A stretch of 64,000 bases of DNA from Anaeramoeba ignava BMAN (GCA_028826165.1 JAPDFW010000011.1:1-64000), one strand, 5' to 3'; shown: positions 25,191 to 40,200, counted from the stretch's first letter. Notes: a model not told the origin generated them from the letters alone. A program made the numbers and translations.

Positions 25191-26437
25191 TTAAAATAAT
25201 TGAAGTTTCTTTTTAGTTGTTTCGAATCTATTTAAATGAACTACAAATTGAGAACTAATATCAAAATAATCACTTTGATTTGTTTCAAAATTTTGTCTTA
25301 ATTTAAATAATTCTTTTGATATTTTTGCAATTCTTTCTCTTGATTCTTGAATAATTTTAAAAGTTTGTTTTGCTTTTGTTTTTGGATCTAATTTTCTTAA
25401 ATCTTGTTTATCATTTTCATTTTGAATTTGATTTTCATTTTCATTTTCATTTTCATTTTCAATTTGATTTTCATTTTGATTTTCATTTTGATTTTCAATT
25501 TGATTTTCAAATTCATTTTCAATTTGATTTTCATTTTGATTTTCAATTTGATTTTGATTTTCATTTTCAATTTGATTTTGATTTTCAATTTTCATTTTCA
25601 TTTTCATTTTCATTTTCATTTTCAATTTCATTTTCATTTTCAAATTCATTTTGTTTTTGTTTTTCTTCTGTACTAAATTCTGATTCTGCAAATGATAAAT
25701 CTTCAAAATCACTTGGAATTGATTCATCTTCTGGTATTTGAGAATCATTTTCTTCAAAACTTCCAAAACTTTCTGAAGTGAAATCGTGTTCCAAATCTTT
25801 TGATTTTTCTGAGTTTTTTCTTTTTAAAATTTATTTAAATAAAAATAATTAATTAAAATAATTAAATAAAGATTTACTTTAAACTTGAATCATTTTCTTT
25901 TGAAAAATTTAAATCATCTTCTTTTAGAAAAATTTGAATCATCTTCCTTTTAGAAAAATTTAAATCATTTTCTTTTGAAAAATTTAAATCATTATCTTTT
26001 GAAAAATTTGAATCATTTTCTTTTGAAAAATTTAAATCATTTTCTTTTAAAAAATTTGAATCATTTCCTTTTGAAAAATTTGAATCATTTTCTTTTGAAA
26101 AATTTAAATCATTTTCTTTTAAAAAATTTGAATCATCTCCTTTTAAAAAATTTAAATCATTTTCTTTTAAAAAATTTAAATCATTTTCTTTTAAAAAATT
26201 TAAATCATTTTCTTTTGAAAAATTTGAATCATTTTCTTTTGAAAAATTTAAATCATTTTCTTTTGAAAAATTTAAATCATTTTCTTTTAAAAAATTTGAA
26301 TCATTTTCTTTTGAAAAATTTAAATCATTATCTTTTGAAAAATTTGAATCATTTTCTTTTAAAAAATTTGAATCGTCTTCTTTTGAAAAATTTGAATCAT
26401 TTTCTTTTGAAAAATTTAAATCATTTTCTTGAGACAT
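25191..26437 (-). CDS. Hypothetical acidic low-complexity protein with 8-aa repeats and a C-terminal coiled coil
   Basis: ATG at 26437, about 22 repeats of KEND(L/S)NF(S/L), a probable intron near 25877-25820, then an E/N-rich region and a helical tail. Frame breaks lie within repeats. Confidence 0.45.
25885..26430. repeat. 24-bp coding minisatellite
   Basis: 'tcattttcttttgaaaaatttaaa' variants in tandem. Confidence 0.9.
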
Positions 26438-26546
26438 TAAAAAATAAAAAAATTAAATTAAAAAAATGAAAAAACCAAAAACTATAAAAGTTTTAAAAAA
26501 ATTTTTTTTTCATTTTTTTCCTTTTTTTTTTTATTAAAATTTTTCA

Positions 26547-29500
26547 ATGGGAATTCAACACTTACTTTCTTTATTTGCACCTTTTGCAAGAAAAATTAAT
26601 ATTTCTAAATTCAAAGGTCAAAAATTAGCAATTGATTCTTTTGTTCTTTTACACAGAAGTGCACTACAATACGCAGAAGAAATTTGTGAAAAACAAGAAA
26701 CAACAAAGTCAATATTTGAATTTTAAATCAAAATATATTTAAATCAAAATATATTCAAATCAATTTATATGAATTTTAAATCAAAATATTTAAATCAAAA
26801 AATATTTAAATCAATAATATTTATAAATCAATATATATATTTAAATCAATATATATATATAAATCAAAATATATTTAAATCAAAATATATTTAAATCAAA
26901 ATATATATAAATCAATATATATATTTAAATCAAAATATATATAAATCAAAATATATATAAATCAAAATATTTAAATCAAAATATTTAAATCAATATATAT
27001 ATAAATCAATATATATTTAAATCAATAAATAAATTTAAATCAAAATATTTAAATCAATATATTTATAAATCAATATATATATAAATCAAAATATATTTAA
27101 ATCAAAATATATTTAAATCAAAATATATTTAAATCAATATATAAATCAATATATATTTAAATCAAATTATATTTAAATCAAAATATATTTAAATCAAAAT
27201 ATATATAAATCAAAATATATATAAATCAAAATATTTAAATAAATATATAAATCAATATATATTTAAATCAAAAATATATTTAAATCAAAAATATATTTAA
27301 ATCAAAATATATTTAAATCAAAATATATAAATCAATATATTTAAATCAATATATTTAAATCAATATATTTAAATCAATATATTTAAATCAATATATATTT
27401 AAATCAATATATATTTAAATCAAAATATATTTAAATCAATTTATTTAAATCAAAATATATTTAAATCAATTTATTTAAATCAAAATATTTAAATCAAAAT
27501 ATATTTAAATCAATATATTTAAATCAAAATATATTTAAATCAATTTATTTAAATCAAAATATATTTAAATCAATTTATTTAAATCAAAAATATTTAAATC
27601 AAAAATATTTAAATCAATACATTTAAATCAAAAATATATTTAAATCAAAATATATTTAAATCAATTTATATTTAAATAAATATATTTAAATCAAAATATT
27701 TAAATCAATTTATATTTAAATCAAAAATATATTTAAATCAATTTATATTTAAATCAATTTATATTTAAATCAATATATTTATAAATCAATTTATATTTAA
27801 ATCAATTTATATTTAAATCAATTTATATTTAAATCAATATATTTATAAATCAATATATATTTAAATCAATTTATTTAAATCAATATATTTAAATCAATAT
27901 ATTTAAATCAATATATTTAAATCAAAATATATTTAAATCAAAATATATTTAAATCAAAATATATTTAAATCAAAATATATAAATCAAAATATATTTAAAT
28001 CAATATATATTTAAATCAAAAATATATTTAAATCAAAATATATAAATCAATATATAAATCAATAATATTTAAATCAATAATATTTAAATCAATTTATTTA
28101 AATCAAAATATTTAAATCAAAATATTTAAATCAATTTATATTTAAATCAATTTTTAAATCAAAATATATAAATCAATATATTTAAATCAATTTATATAAA
28201 TCAAAATATATTTAAATCAATATATAAATCAAAATATATTTAAATCAATTTATTTAAATCAATTTATATTTAAATAAATATATTTATAAATCAAAATATA
28301 TTTAAATCAATATATTTAAATCAAAATATATTTAAATCAAAATATTTAAATCAATATATTTATAAATCAAAATATATTTAAATCAATTTATATTTAAATC
28401 AATAATATTTAAATCAAATTATATTTAAATCAATTTATTTAAATCAATTTATATTTAAATCAATTTATATTTAAATCAAAAATATTTAAATCAATTATTT
28501 AGTCTTGTAAATTCTTGTATGGTTTTTGTTAATCAATGGATATCATTGGGTATAATTCCTGTTATGGTTTTCGATGGAAGAGAACTTCCAATGAAACATG
28601 AAACAAATCAAAATCGACAACAAAGAAGAGAATTGGCTTTAATAAATGCACGAGAGGCAATAAAAGAAGGCAATCTAAAAAAAGCAAAATCAGAATATCA
28701 ACAAGCAATCAAAATTACACCAGAAATCGCACATGCTTTCGTTGAAGTATATTATTACTTCTGAGAAATACTTCTCGAATAATCAACATTTAATAAATAT
28801 AAATATAAATATAAATATAAATATAAATATCTTTGATTCATTTTAATTTATAAAAGGAACTTAAAAAAAATCAAATCGAAGTGATTGTGGCACCTTATGA
28901 AGCAGATGCTCAATTAGCTTACTTGTTTTTAATCGGGTATTGCTCTGCTGTTGTGACAATTGATTCTGATTTACTTGTTTATGGTGTCGAATCTGTTATT
29001 TATAATTGGAAAATAGATGGAACCGCTGAAGAAATGAATTGGAAAGATATATATTTAATTGGGAAATCAAACTCTGAAAACAAAAAAGATCAAAAATCAA
29101 ATTCAAAATCAAATTCAAAATCAAATTCAAAATCAAATTCAAAATCAAATTCAAAATCAAATTCAAAATCAAATTCAAAATCAAATTCAAAATCACGAAA
29201 TTCGATACAGTATAATTTTACTGGTTGGACTTATGATATGTTTATCAAAATGGCTATTTTATCTGGATGTGATTATTTGGAATCAATTAAAAGAATTGGT
29301 TTGAAAAAAGCTTTTGATTTTGTATCAAGATCTCGTGGAAAGAGACAAGTATAACTTCTTGAATCTTCTTTTTGAACAAAACACTTTCTAATTCTCATTT
29401 TTTTTCTTTTTTTTTTCTTTTGGATTCCGCAAAGGTTTTTTCCCAAATTAGTACTGCTGGCTTTTTTATACCTACAAATTATGAAAAAAACTTCCAAAAA

Positions 29501-30482
29501 GCTTTCTTAACTTTTCTTCATCAAAGGGTTTATGATCCAATTAAGAAAAAAATTGTTTTTTTGCGTCCATACGATCCTAATATTGAATTCGATTTGGATG
29601 TTTCAAAGCTTAAAGATTCAAATTTTCTTGGACAGTAAAAAATAATCAAAAATCAAAAATCAAAAATCAAAAATCAAATTTGGAAAATTTTTAAATAGAG
29701 ATCTTCCACCAAAAATTGCAGAAGGAATTGCAAAAGGAGAAATTCATCCAAACACTTTCAAAAAATTTGGAGAAGAAGAAAAAGAAACAAGAAGCAAACA
29801 TAAACTTGATTTAAATTATGAAAAGGAAATCAATCTAACAACTTTCACTTCAAAAAGATCAAATATTGATTTAATTTCAGAGCAAGAAGATACTAAAACA
29901 AATCAACAAAATAATACAGAAACAATTTCTCCTCATTTTATTAATGGATCTAATATTATATTACCTTCATTTAAGCCGAAAACTTTTTTCAAGAATTCTA
30001 TAAGAAATCAAACCAAATTAAATGGATTATTAAAAAACAATCAATTTACTCCACAAATTTTGATTGAAAATTTAAATTTTAATGTTAAAGTAAATACTCA
30101 ATATTTAAGTATTGAATCAGAAGAAAAAGAAAAAGAAAAAGAAAAAGAAAAAGAAAAAGAAAAAGAAGAAGAAAAAGAAAAAGAAATTAATCAAAAATTC
30201 AAAAAATCTCCAAGAATTGTTACAGTTCCAAAAACTCCTTTATTCTCAAAAAGTCAAAATCGACAAAAAACTCCTGTTCAAAATTCATTAAATTCATTAA
30301 ATTTCCTAAATTCAAAAAATTCACAAAATTCACAAAATTCACAAAATTCACAAAATTCACAAAATTCAAATCAATCACCTCATTTTGGGTTTTCAAATTC
30401 TAAATTTGTTAGACAATCAACATCTTCTTCAAATTTATTTTTAAAACTTTTCTCCCAAACTCATTCTCAAAAGAAAAATTAA
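26547..30482 (+). CDS. EXO1: Exonuclease 1 (XPG/Rad2 family)
   Basis: MGIQHLL...KLAIDSFVLLHR, VMVFDGRELPMK, VAPYEADAQLAYL, DSDLLVYG, ILSGCDYLESIKRIGLKKA, TFLHQRVYDP. First intron is 26708-28502. Confidence 0.92.
26720..28495. repeat. Intronic satellite, ~14-17 bp unit TTTAAATCAAAATATA
   Basis: Fills EXO1 intron 1. Confidence 0.9.
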
Positions 30483-30539
30483 ATTAATTTTATTTCTTTT
30501 TTTTTTTGTATTTCAATTTAAATTTTAAATAAAAATAAT

Positions 30540-32041
30540 TAAATTAAAACAATTTTAATTAATATTAATAAATAAATATTTAATAAAATAATAAAATAAA
30601 ATAATTCCAAAAATGAATAATAAATTAAATAAATTAAAAAATAAATTAAATAATTAAATCAAAAAAAAAGTGGAATAAAAAATAATTAATCAAAAAATAT
30701 AAAAAATTGAAATAAATTTAATTAATATTTAATAAAATAATAAATTAAACAATTCAAAATAATAAAATAAAATAATTTCAAAAAGTGAATAAAAATAATT
30801 AATCAAAAATATAAAAAATAATAAATTAAATAAATTAAAAATAAATTAAAAAATTAAATAAAAAGTGGAATAAAAATAATTAATCAAAAAATATAAAAAA
30901 ATAAATAAATTTAATTAATATTAATAAATAAATATTTAATAAAATAATAAAATAAAATAATTCAAAAAAAAATTAAATAAAAAAAAATAATGGATAGTGA
31001 GGGAATCGAATAAAATTAAATTAAATTTAAATTAAAATATTTTATTCCACTTTTTTTTTGAAATAAAAAATATAAAAAATTGAAATAAATTTAATTAATA
31101 TTAATAAATAAATATTTAATAAAATAATAAATTAAAATAATTCCAAAAATGAATAATAAATTAAATAAATTAAAAAATAAATTAAATAATTAAATCAAAA
31201 AGTGGAATAAAAATAATTAATCAAAAATATAAAAAAATTGAAATAAATTTAATTAATATTAATAAATAAATATTTAATAAAATAATAAAATAAAATAATT
31301 TCCAAAAAAAAATTAAATAAAAAAAAATAATGGATAGTGAGGGAATCGAATAAAATTAAATTAAATTAAATTTAAATTAAAATATTTTTATTCCATTTTT
31401 GGAAATAAAAAATAAAAATAAATAAATTTGAATTAATATTAATTAATAAATATTTAATAAAATAATAAATTCCAAAAATAATTCAATAAAAAATGAATAA
31501 ATAAATTAAATCAAAAATTAAAAATAAATTAATCAAAAATTAAAAATTGAAAAATTTAATTATTGGAATAAAAATAATATTTAATCAAAAAAATATAAAA
31601 ATTGAATTAAATTTAATTAATATTAAATAAATAAATAATTAAATCAAAAAAATAATAAAATCAAAAAATAATAATTTCAAAAAATTAAAAATAAAATTTA
31701 ATAAAATAATAGGGAATCGAATAATAAATTAAATTAAATTTAAATTAAAAATATTTTATTCCATTTTTGGAAATAAAAAATAAAAAAAATAAATAAATTG
31801 AATTAATATTAATTAATAAATATTTAATAAAATAATAAATTAAAATAATTCCAAAAATGAATAATAAATTAAATAAATTAAAAAATAAATTAAATAATTA
31901 AATCAAAAAAAAAGTGGAATAAAAAATAATTAATCAAAAAATATAAAAAAAATTAAATAAATTTAATTAATATTAATAAATAAATATTTAATAAAATAAT
32001 AAAATAAAATAATTTCCAAAAAAAAAATTAAAAAAAAATAA
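30540..32041. repeat. Tandem ~340-bp repeats downstream of the tRNA, carrying tRNA 3'-end fragments
   Basis: 'tggatagtgagggaatcgaa' occurs at 30991-31010 and 31331-31350, degenerately near 31709-31721, and in the intact tRNA at 32042. Flanks are shared. Confidence 0.8.
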
Positions 32042-32113
32042 TGGATAGTGAGGGAATCGAACCCCCGGCCTCTCGTGTGCAAGACGAGCATTGTGCCACT
32101 CAACTAACTACCC
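32042..32113 (-). tRNA. tRNA-Ala(TGC)
   Basis: GGGTAGTTAGTTGAGTGGCACAATGCTCGTCTTGCACACGAGAGGCCGGGGGTTCGATTCCCTCACTATCCA. Acceptor stem GGGTAGT/ACTATCC has the G3:U70 Ala determinant. Anticodon arm CTCGT-CTTGCAC-ACGAG; T-loop TTCGATT. Confidence 0.95.
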
Positions 32114-32248
32114 AAAATTAAATTTAAATTAATTTTTTTTTCTTATTTTTTTTTTAAAATATATATTATTTATATTATTATTTTTATTTTTTTTAATTAT
32201 TTTTTTTATTTTTTTTTTCATTTTTTTCTTTTTTATTTTTTAAAAATA

Positions 32249-33251
32249 ATGCTTGAAATTTACGCAGTTTTAGTTTTATTAATTCTTTGTTCACTTATTT
32301 TAATTATTTTCCTTGCTCCTTTTATTCCAAAACCAATTATTAAAATAACAAAATCTTTTCTTAATAACAAACAAATTTCTTATATTTTTAAATTGTCTTT
32401 CTTTTTATTATTACTAATGACAATCAGTAAATCTTTTAATTCTAATTCTAATTTTTAATTTAATTCTAATTCTAATTCTAATTCTAATTCTAATTCTAAT
32501 TCTAATTCTAATTCTAATTTTAAATTAAATTCTAATTCTAATTCTAATTTAATTCTAATTTTAATTTTAATTTTAATTCTAATTCTAATTCTAATTCTAA
32601 TTCTAATTCTAATTCTAATTCTAATTCTAATTCTAAATTCTAATTCTAATTCTAATTTTAATTTTAATTTTAATTTTAATTTTAATTCTAATTCTAATTC
32701 TAATTCTAATTCTAATTCTAATTCTAATTCTAATTCTAATTCTAATTTTAATTCTAATTTTAATTTTAATTCTAATTTTAATTCTAATTCTAATTCTAAT
32801 TCTAATTTTAATTTAATTTTAATTCTAATTTTAATTTTAATTTTAATTCTAATTCTAATTCTAATTCTAATTTAAATAATTATAATTTTAATTATAATTC
32901 TAATTTAATTATAATTTTTTAATTTTAATTTTAATTTTAAATTTTAAATTAAATTTTAAATTTTAAATTAAATTTTAAATTTTAATTTGAATTTAAAAAG
33001 ATTACTTTCTTGAAATGAGAAAATTCGATTCTCATACTCAAATTGAAAATACAAATGAAAATTCACATCATACTCATGCTGATAGTTCTTCTGCATGGAC
33101 TCAATCACAAATTAGAAAATTCCGAATTCAAAGAAATTTTTATCTTTGTGAATTTACTCTCGCTTTACAATTAATAACTTATCGAATGCTTCCTTTAATG
33201 AAAAGAATTGAACTCGCAGAAAAAAAAGAAAAAGAATTAAAGAAGAATTGA
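32249..33251 (+). CDS. BAP29/BAP31-family ER membrane protein, 2 exons
   Basis: Hydrophobic N-terminal helices and KFRIQRNFYLCEFTLAL (family motif FRAQRNxY). Intron 32427-33000 is filled with (ATTCTA)n. Ends in KKN. Confidence 0.75.
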
Positions 33252-33342
33252 AATCAAAAAGCAAAAAAAAAATTTTAATAAAAAAAATTTGATTTTTTTG
33301 ATTTTTTAAATTTTTCATTTTTTTATTTGCTTAATTTTTTTT

Positions 33343-34487
33343 ATGTTTGATACTTCTGATAATCAAATCTGGCATTTTATTTTATTCCTTTGTTATTTCA
33401 CTTTTCTTATTTTTGGAATTAGTCGTTTATTCATTCTTCTTCGACGTTCTCGTTCTTTTGTTCATCAAAAAGTTGAAAAAAAAAAAATTTACAAATTTAA
33501 AATAAAAAATTTAAAAAATTTAAAAAAACAAATTCATTTGGATTTTTAGTATATTTTTTCCCTCATTACTTTAGCAACTGCAATCCGTTGTTTAGATTCA
33601 TTAATCGCAGTTGCGAATTATACTTTTTTCAGTGATCATTTTTTTGGATTTGAAATTGCAAACGGATTTGGTTCTGATGTTTATTTTTGTGCCTTTTTAT
33701 TATTGATATTTTGTATGTAAGTTGGGTTAATAAATATCAAGAAAATAATAAAATAAAAATAAAAATAAAAATAAATAAAAATTGTTTATTATGTTCCACT
33801 TTTTTTTTGATGCTTTTTTTTTTTTATTTAATATTAAGGGCACAAATGCATAATGAAATTATGCTTCCTTCCAAAAAAAGAATCAAGAAGAAAAACCGAA
33901 ATTTAAAAATTCTTTTTGGAGTTGTTTTGGTTATCACAGTTGTTGGCCATCAGCTTTTAATAATACTCACAAAATTAAGGAATAGAATCAATTTCTTTTA
34001 TGTTTCTGCGGTATATTTTGCATCTTCTATTGGAATGCTGATTTTTGCACGTCGACTTCTTATTTTAGTTCCTCAAGAAAAAGATTATTTCCTTCACAAA
34101 TCAATTAGAAAATTAAATTTGGGGATGATTGGATGCACTTGTTGTTTTCTTCTTAGATTTCCGATTTTAATAATGATTACAGTTTTCGAATCAAGACATT
34201 GCAGTATAAATGAAAGAGATTCTCTGTTTCTTATTTTTTATTTATTTTGTGAAATTGTTCCTGCTTTTTTCATATTCCTAATTTTCCCAATTCCTCCAAG
34301 AACTGAAAAATGTAAAATTCAAAATTCATTTTAAAACAAAAACAAAAACAAAAACAAAAACAAAAACAAAAACAAAAACAAAAACAAACTTTTTTTTCAT
34401 TCATTCTCTTATTTTTTATTTTTATTTTTATTTTTATTTTTATTTTTAGATGAAATGATTAAATTTGAAGCCATTTCTAAGTTTTAA
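33343..34487 (+). CDS. Multi-pass membrane protein, THH1/TOM1/GPR137-like
   Basis: About 7 hydrophobic segments over 4 exons. Motifs include CTCCFLLR and FYLFCEIVPAFFIF. Confidence 0.55.
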
Positions 34488-34627
34488 ACTTTAAATTGTT
34501 TAAATTATTTTCTTGACACTTTTTTTTTTAGAAAAATAAACAAATTTATTGAAATGAATTTTATTATTTATTTTGAATTGATTATAAATTGAATCTACAT
34601 AAAAAAAAAAGAAAAATGAGAGAGAAA

Positions 34628-35178
34628 CTAAATGATAAAATTATTAATCCATTTTTCTAAAATTATTTTGTGGAAATTGTGTGTTTTGTTTTTCATCATC
34701 TTTTTGGTTATTAATATTTGACCAATTAGGAGGGTTTAATTGGGGTTGTTGTTCAGCTTTTAGTAAGTCATATTCCAAACGGAATAATTGATATTTCATT
34801 TGAATTTGATTCACTAAAATTAAAATTAAAATTAAAATTAAAATTAAATTTAAAATAAAAATTTAAATTAAAATAAATACAAGAAACTGCATAGTCTTTG
34901 ATATCTGGAATTGATATATTTCTGCTATTTGAAAATTGCTGTTTGAATAATTGAAGAAGTTGTTTTTGATATGCAATTTCTGTTTGATGTTTTTTAAGTA
35001 AAAATTTTTGTCTTATTTGATGTGCTTTTTCTTCAAATTCAAGTTTAGCTTGTTGAATTTTATAAATTTTTTCTTGTTTATGTTTTTCAATTTGTTCTTG
35101 ATATGATTTCATTAATTCAGAATTTTGTTGTTTCTTTGCTTTTCTTGATTTTTTAGTGACAATTTTTTCTTGGTTCAT
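34628..35178 (-). CDS. Hypothetical coiled-coil protein, 2 exons
   Basis: ORF from 35178, an intron near 34880-34815, and a second exon (LNQIQMKYQLFRLEYDLL...FII*) ending at 34628. Confidence 0.55.
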
Positions 35179-35594
35179 TTTTTAATTTGTGATTGAGAAA
35201 CAATTTTGTGTATTTTATAATTAGATTTAGAAAAGAATATAATAAAATTTGTATAAGAAATTTATTATAACGAAAAAGAATGAAAAAGAATGAAAAAGAA
35301 TGAAAAAAATGAAAAAAAAAAGTGATTAAAAAAAAGCAAAAAAAAAATTTTAGGGGGGTTTCTGGCATTTAAAAAATAATAAAAAATACAACAAGCAAAA
35401 ACAAAAAACAGAAATCAATTAAAAAAAAAACAGAAATCAATTAAAAAAAAAACAAATTAATTAACAAATTAAAAACAAATTAATTAACAAAGAAGAGATC
35501 TTGAATTAAAGAAAAGATCAAAGAGTGAATAATAATAATAATAAAAAAAAAAATTTTTCAATAAAAAAAAAAATTCTAATACAATTTCACAATT

Positions 35595-37010
35595 AAATCT
35601 AAATATTAAATATTAAATATTAAATATTAAATATTAAATATTTTGATTAAATTTTGATTAAATATTAAATATTAAATATAAATATTTGGATTGAATTTTA
35701 ATTAAATATTAAATATTAAATATTTGGATTGAATTTTGATTAAATATTAAATATTAAATATTAAATATTTGGATTAAATATTAAATATTAAATATAAATA
35801 TTTGGATTGAATATTTGGATTAAATATTAAATATTTGGATTGAATATTTGGATTGAATTTTGATTAAATATTTGGATTAAATTTTAATTAAATATATTAA
35901 ATATTAAATATTTGGATTGAATTTTGATTAAATATTAAAGATTAAATATTAAATATTAAATATTAAATATTAAATAATTGGATTGAATTTTGATTAATTA
36001 TTAAATATTAAATATTAAATATTTGGATTGAATTTTGATTAAATATTAAATATTTGGATTAAATTTTGATTAAATATTAAATATTAAATATTTGGATTAA
36101 ATTTTGATTAAATATTAAATATTAAATATTAAATATTAAATAATAAATATTAAATATTAAATATTAAATATTAAATAATTGGATTGAATTTTGATTAATT
36201 ATTAAATATTAAATATTAAATATTTGGATTGAATTTTGATTAAAGATTAAATATTTGGATTGAATATTAAATATTAAATATTTGGATTGAATTTTGATTA
36301 AATATTAAATATTAATTATTAAATATTAAATATTAAATATTTGGATTGAATTTTGATTAAATATTAAATATTAAATATTTGGATTGAATTTTGATTAAAG
36401 ATTAAATATTTTGATTAATTATTAAATATTAAATATTTGGATTGAATTTTGATTAAATATTAAATATTTGGATTAAATTTTGATTAAATATTAAATATTA
36501 AATATTTGGATTGAATTTTGATTAAATATTAAATATTTGGATTAAATATTAAATATTAAATATTAAATATTAAATATTTGGATTGAATTTTAATTAAATA
36601 TTAAATATTTTGATTAAATATTAAATATTAAATATTTGGATTGAATTTTGATTAAATATTAAATATTTTGATTAAATATTAAATATTAAATATTTGGATT
36701 GAATTTTGATTAAATATTAAATATTAAATATTTTTATTTAAATATTAAATATTTGGATTGAATTTTTAATTAAATATTAAATATTAAATATTAAATATTT
36801 GGATTGAATTTTGATTAAATATTAAATATTTGGATTGAATTTTGATTAAATATTAAATATTATGATTGAATATTAAATATTAAATATTTGGATTGAATTT
36901 TGATTAAATATTAAATATTTGGATTGAATTTTAATTAAATATTAAATATTAAATATTTGGATTGAATTTTGATTAAATATTTTGATTGAATTTTAATTAA
37001 ATATTTGAAT
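35595..37010. repeat. Satellite of TAAATAT heptamers interspersed with TTGGATTGAATTTTGAT
   Basis: Visible directly, upstream of the RhoGEF gene. Confidence 0.9.
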
Positions 37011-37214
37011 AAAAAAATAAAAAAAAAGGAAAAATAAAAAAGAAGTTTATTTTTTGTTGATTTTTTTTATTAATTCGAGATTTTTTTTTAATTTTTAAAT
37101 TTTTTTTTCATTTTTTTTTTTTTGAACTAAATTGAATCTAAAGTTGGATTTGTTTCTATTTTAGTTTTTTTTTTATTATTTTTTTATTATAATTTTTATT
37201 ATTATTAAAAAAAA

Positions 37215-40200
37215 ATGGCCAGAATACCAAATACATCAGAAATACAATTTCCAAAAGCAATTTCTCGTACAATCACCACAAAAACAGAAAACGAACAAAA
37301 ACAACCACAAAAAACAGTTATGAATTCAGTTAAATTTCCAAAACCAAGACCATTTTCTCAAATGATCAATACAAATTTAAACGAGCAAATAGAAGAAACT
37401 AACACATCGAAAAATATATCATTTCCAAAACCCAAACAAAAGCCATGGAGTATTCAAGTCGATATTGACGAACAAGAAAACACACAATATCCAAAAAGCC
37501 CAAGACAAACACCGTTAAATAATAATAATAATATAAATAATAATATAAATACAAATAATCCAAATATGTTTGAAAAGCAACGCTTTTTTAATAGAACAAA
37601 TGATGATGAATCTAAATTTGGAAATGGAAAAAATCAAAATTTAAAAATATCTGAAAAATTTGGAAATGGAAAAAATCATAATTTAAAAATATCGGAAAAT
37701 TCTCCAAATAAAAATCCTTTCCACAAATCACCACCAAAATTTTCAGCACTCAAAAAGAGTCCTCAATCAGAAAAACAACAAAATCACAGTCCAAACTCAA
37801 ACATATCTGGATCGCCTTTCACAAAAAACACCAAAACAAGAACAGAGTTTGGTGTCAATCAAAAATCTCCTAAAAATCAAGAACTTCAAGAACCGTTCAA
37901 TGTACCAAAGCGTCTCAATCATATGCAGAACAAAATCAAAACTGGGGCGAAGTTTCTGGCTTCTGGAAGACGCTTTTCACTTTTCGAACAAAATAGACTA
38001 TCCAATCAACAAAATAACCAAATAAACAATTCCAGACTTACCAAAACCACAAACCGACAAAACCAAGATCAGCGAATTGCAAGAAACAATCCATACGTAA
38101 TTGAACAACAACAATCTAATGAAATCAAAAGCAATATTTCAACTGCAAACCCAGCAATCCAGTTTCCAAAACCAAGAAAAATGCAACAACAAGCAGAATA
38201 CAATCCTTATGTCAGCTCAAAACCAATAGCAACTGCACGAATTTGGTCGCATTTCAACGAGTCCTTGGAGGATTCTGAAAAGGTTTCTAAGAATCGCTCC
38301 GTAGTCAAACGTCCGCCAAGACCAGATAAACTTCAACATTCAGATTATAAATCAAATGTGCGACAAAAAGCCAGCATTTTCGTTCAAAAATCAATACATA
38401 ACCATCCACAACGCCCGCTTCCAAAAGTTATTTCCAGGAGGCAATCCAAAGTTTTATTATCGCCAGAAACCGAAAATATAGATTCTGAAAATCAACAGAA
38501 TGCTCAAAATTTGGATCGAAATTCCATCTTCCAAAAGAAAATATTTATTAAAAATCAAACACAACTTCAAAAAATCCCGAAATTACACAGTCCAGACCCA
38601 AATCAAAAACCTGCGTTGCCTCCTAAGCATAAAATTGCGAGATCTCCACCAGACACATTACAAAATCACCGCCAATTTTCTCATTCACCCAAATTCAATC
38701 ATCACCAACAAAAATCACCAAATTACGAAACTGATTCATTCCATAATAAAAATTATTTTGCAGAATCAGTTCATCAAAATAGACTATCTTTATTCGAAGA
38801 TTTACCCACAAAAAAACACCAGAATCACGGAAATAAGACCTTCCAAGAATCATTGAAGTCTCCTCGAAGATTTGTACCTAATAAAAGAACAAATGAAGTA
38901 CAATTTCCCAAACGATTTTCTCCAAAAAAAAAATCCCCATTTGCTGTTAACGAGAATTCAAATATTGATTCAAACCAACAGAGTATTCACAACGAGTTTC
39001 CTATTCGGCAAAAATCTCCGCCACCTTTGCCAGTTCGCAAGGATTCACTTGGAGTAAATAATGAATTACAAAGAACGCAAAGTGAAGAAAATGAAATTGA
39101 AAAGATACAATTTCCTCACAAATTTCCTAATAATAGAAAGTCGCCTGTTCAACAATCTCATTCTCAAAATGAACCACAACCAAGAAATCCAGAGAAATCG
39201 ACGCAAAGTTTTACTCATGTCTACAAGCAAATACCTGATAAATTGAGAAAAATTGTTGAGATGAATCAAAATACGAATCAAAATACGAATCAAAATATGA
39301 ATCAAAATATAAATCAAAATATAAATCAAAATACGAATCAAAATATAAATCAAAATATAAATCAAAATATAAATCAAAATACAAATCAAAATATAAATCA
39401 AAATATAAATCAAAATACAAATCAAAATATCAAAAAGCTTATAAATAATGAAAAAGTGCAATTTCCCTCGTTTAAAAATAGAGACAATTTCTCAAAAAGA
39501 ACTTTTTCTCAAAAATCTCAAATCGAAAATGCATTTAATGATGTTATTGCACACAAAACCATTCAGAGCAGGAAATCAAGCACTCATATCAAAGAAGATG
39601 AACAAAACAACTTGGAAAATTATTATTTTGATAACTCAAAACAGAAACAGTATCCAAAAGAAGAGAAGAAGGAGCAACCGAACCTGACTAAAACAGTGAA
39701 AACAATTACAGGAAAAACATTCCAAAATCAAATAGAAGATACACGCACACAATATTTAGGAAAAAAGAAAACGGATGATGAATATAATCAATATATTGGT
39801 GATGATGAACAAAACGAATCAATGAACTACACTGTTGAATCAGTAGCAGGAAATACTATGAGGAAGCAAATGATTGAATCAAATCCAAATTCTGGAAAAG
39901 GAGATTATGATTCAGAAGAAAATTCGGAATTTGATTTATTTACGAGTGAATTGGAAAATCGCGAACCTCATGATGATCCACCCAAACGCAAGCGATGCTT
40001 TGAGTATTTATTTAAAATGGAGAATACATTTTTTGCAGATTTGAATGATTTTCTTCTTGTAAATATTATATTTAAATATTTGATTTAATTTTATTTTAAT
40101 TTAATTTAATTTTGATTTTATTTTAATTTTATTTAATTTAATTTTAATATTTTGTTTAAATATTTTGTTTAAATATATTAATTTAATTTTATTTTGATTT

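Noticed and set aside
30991-31350. Additional tRNA genes
   Set aside because: Only 20-nt 3' fragments, with no anticodon arm or D arm.
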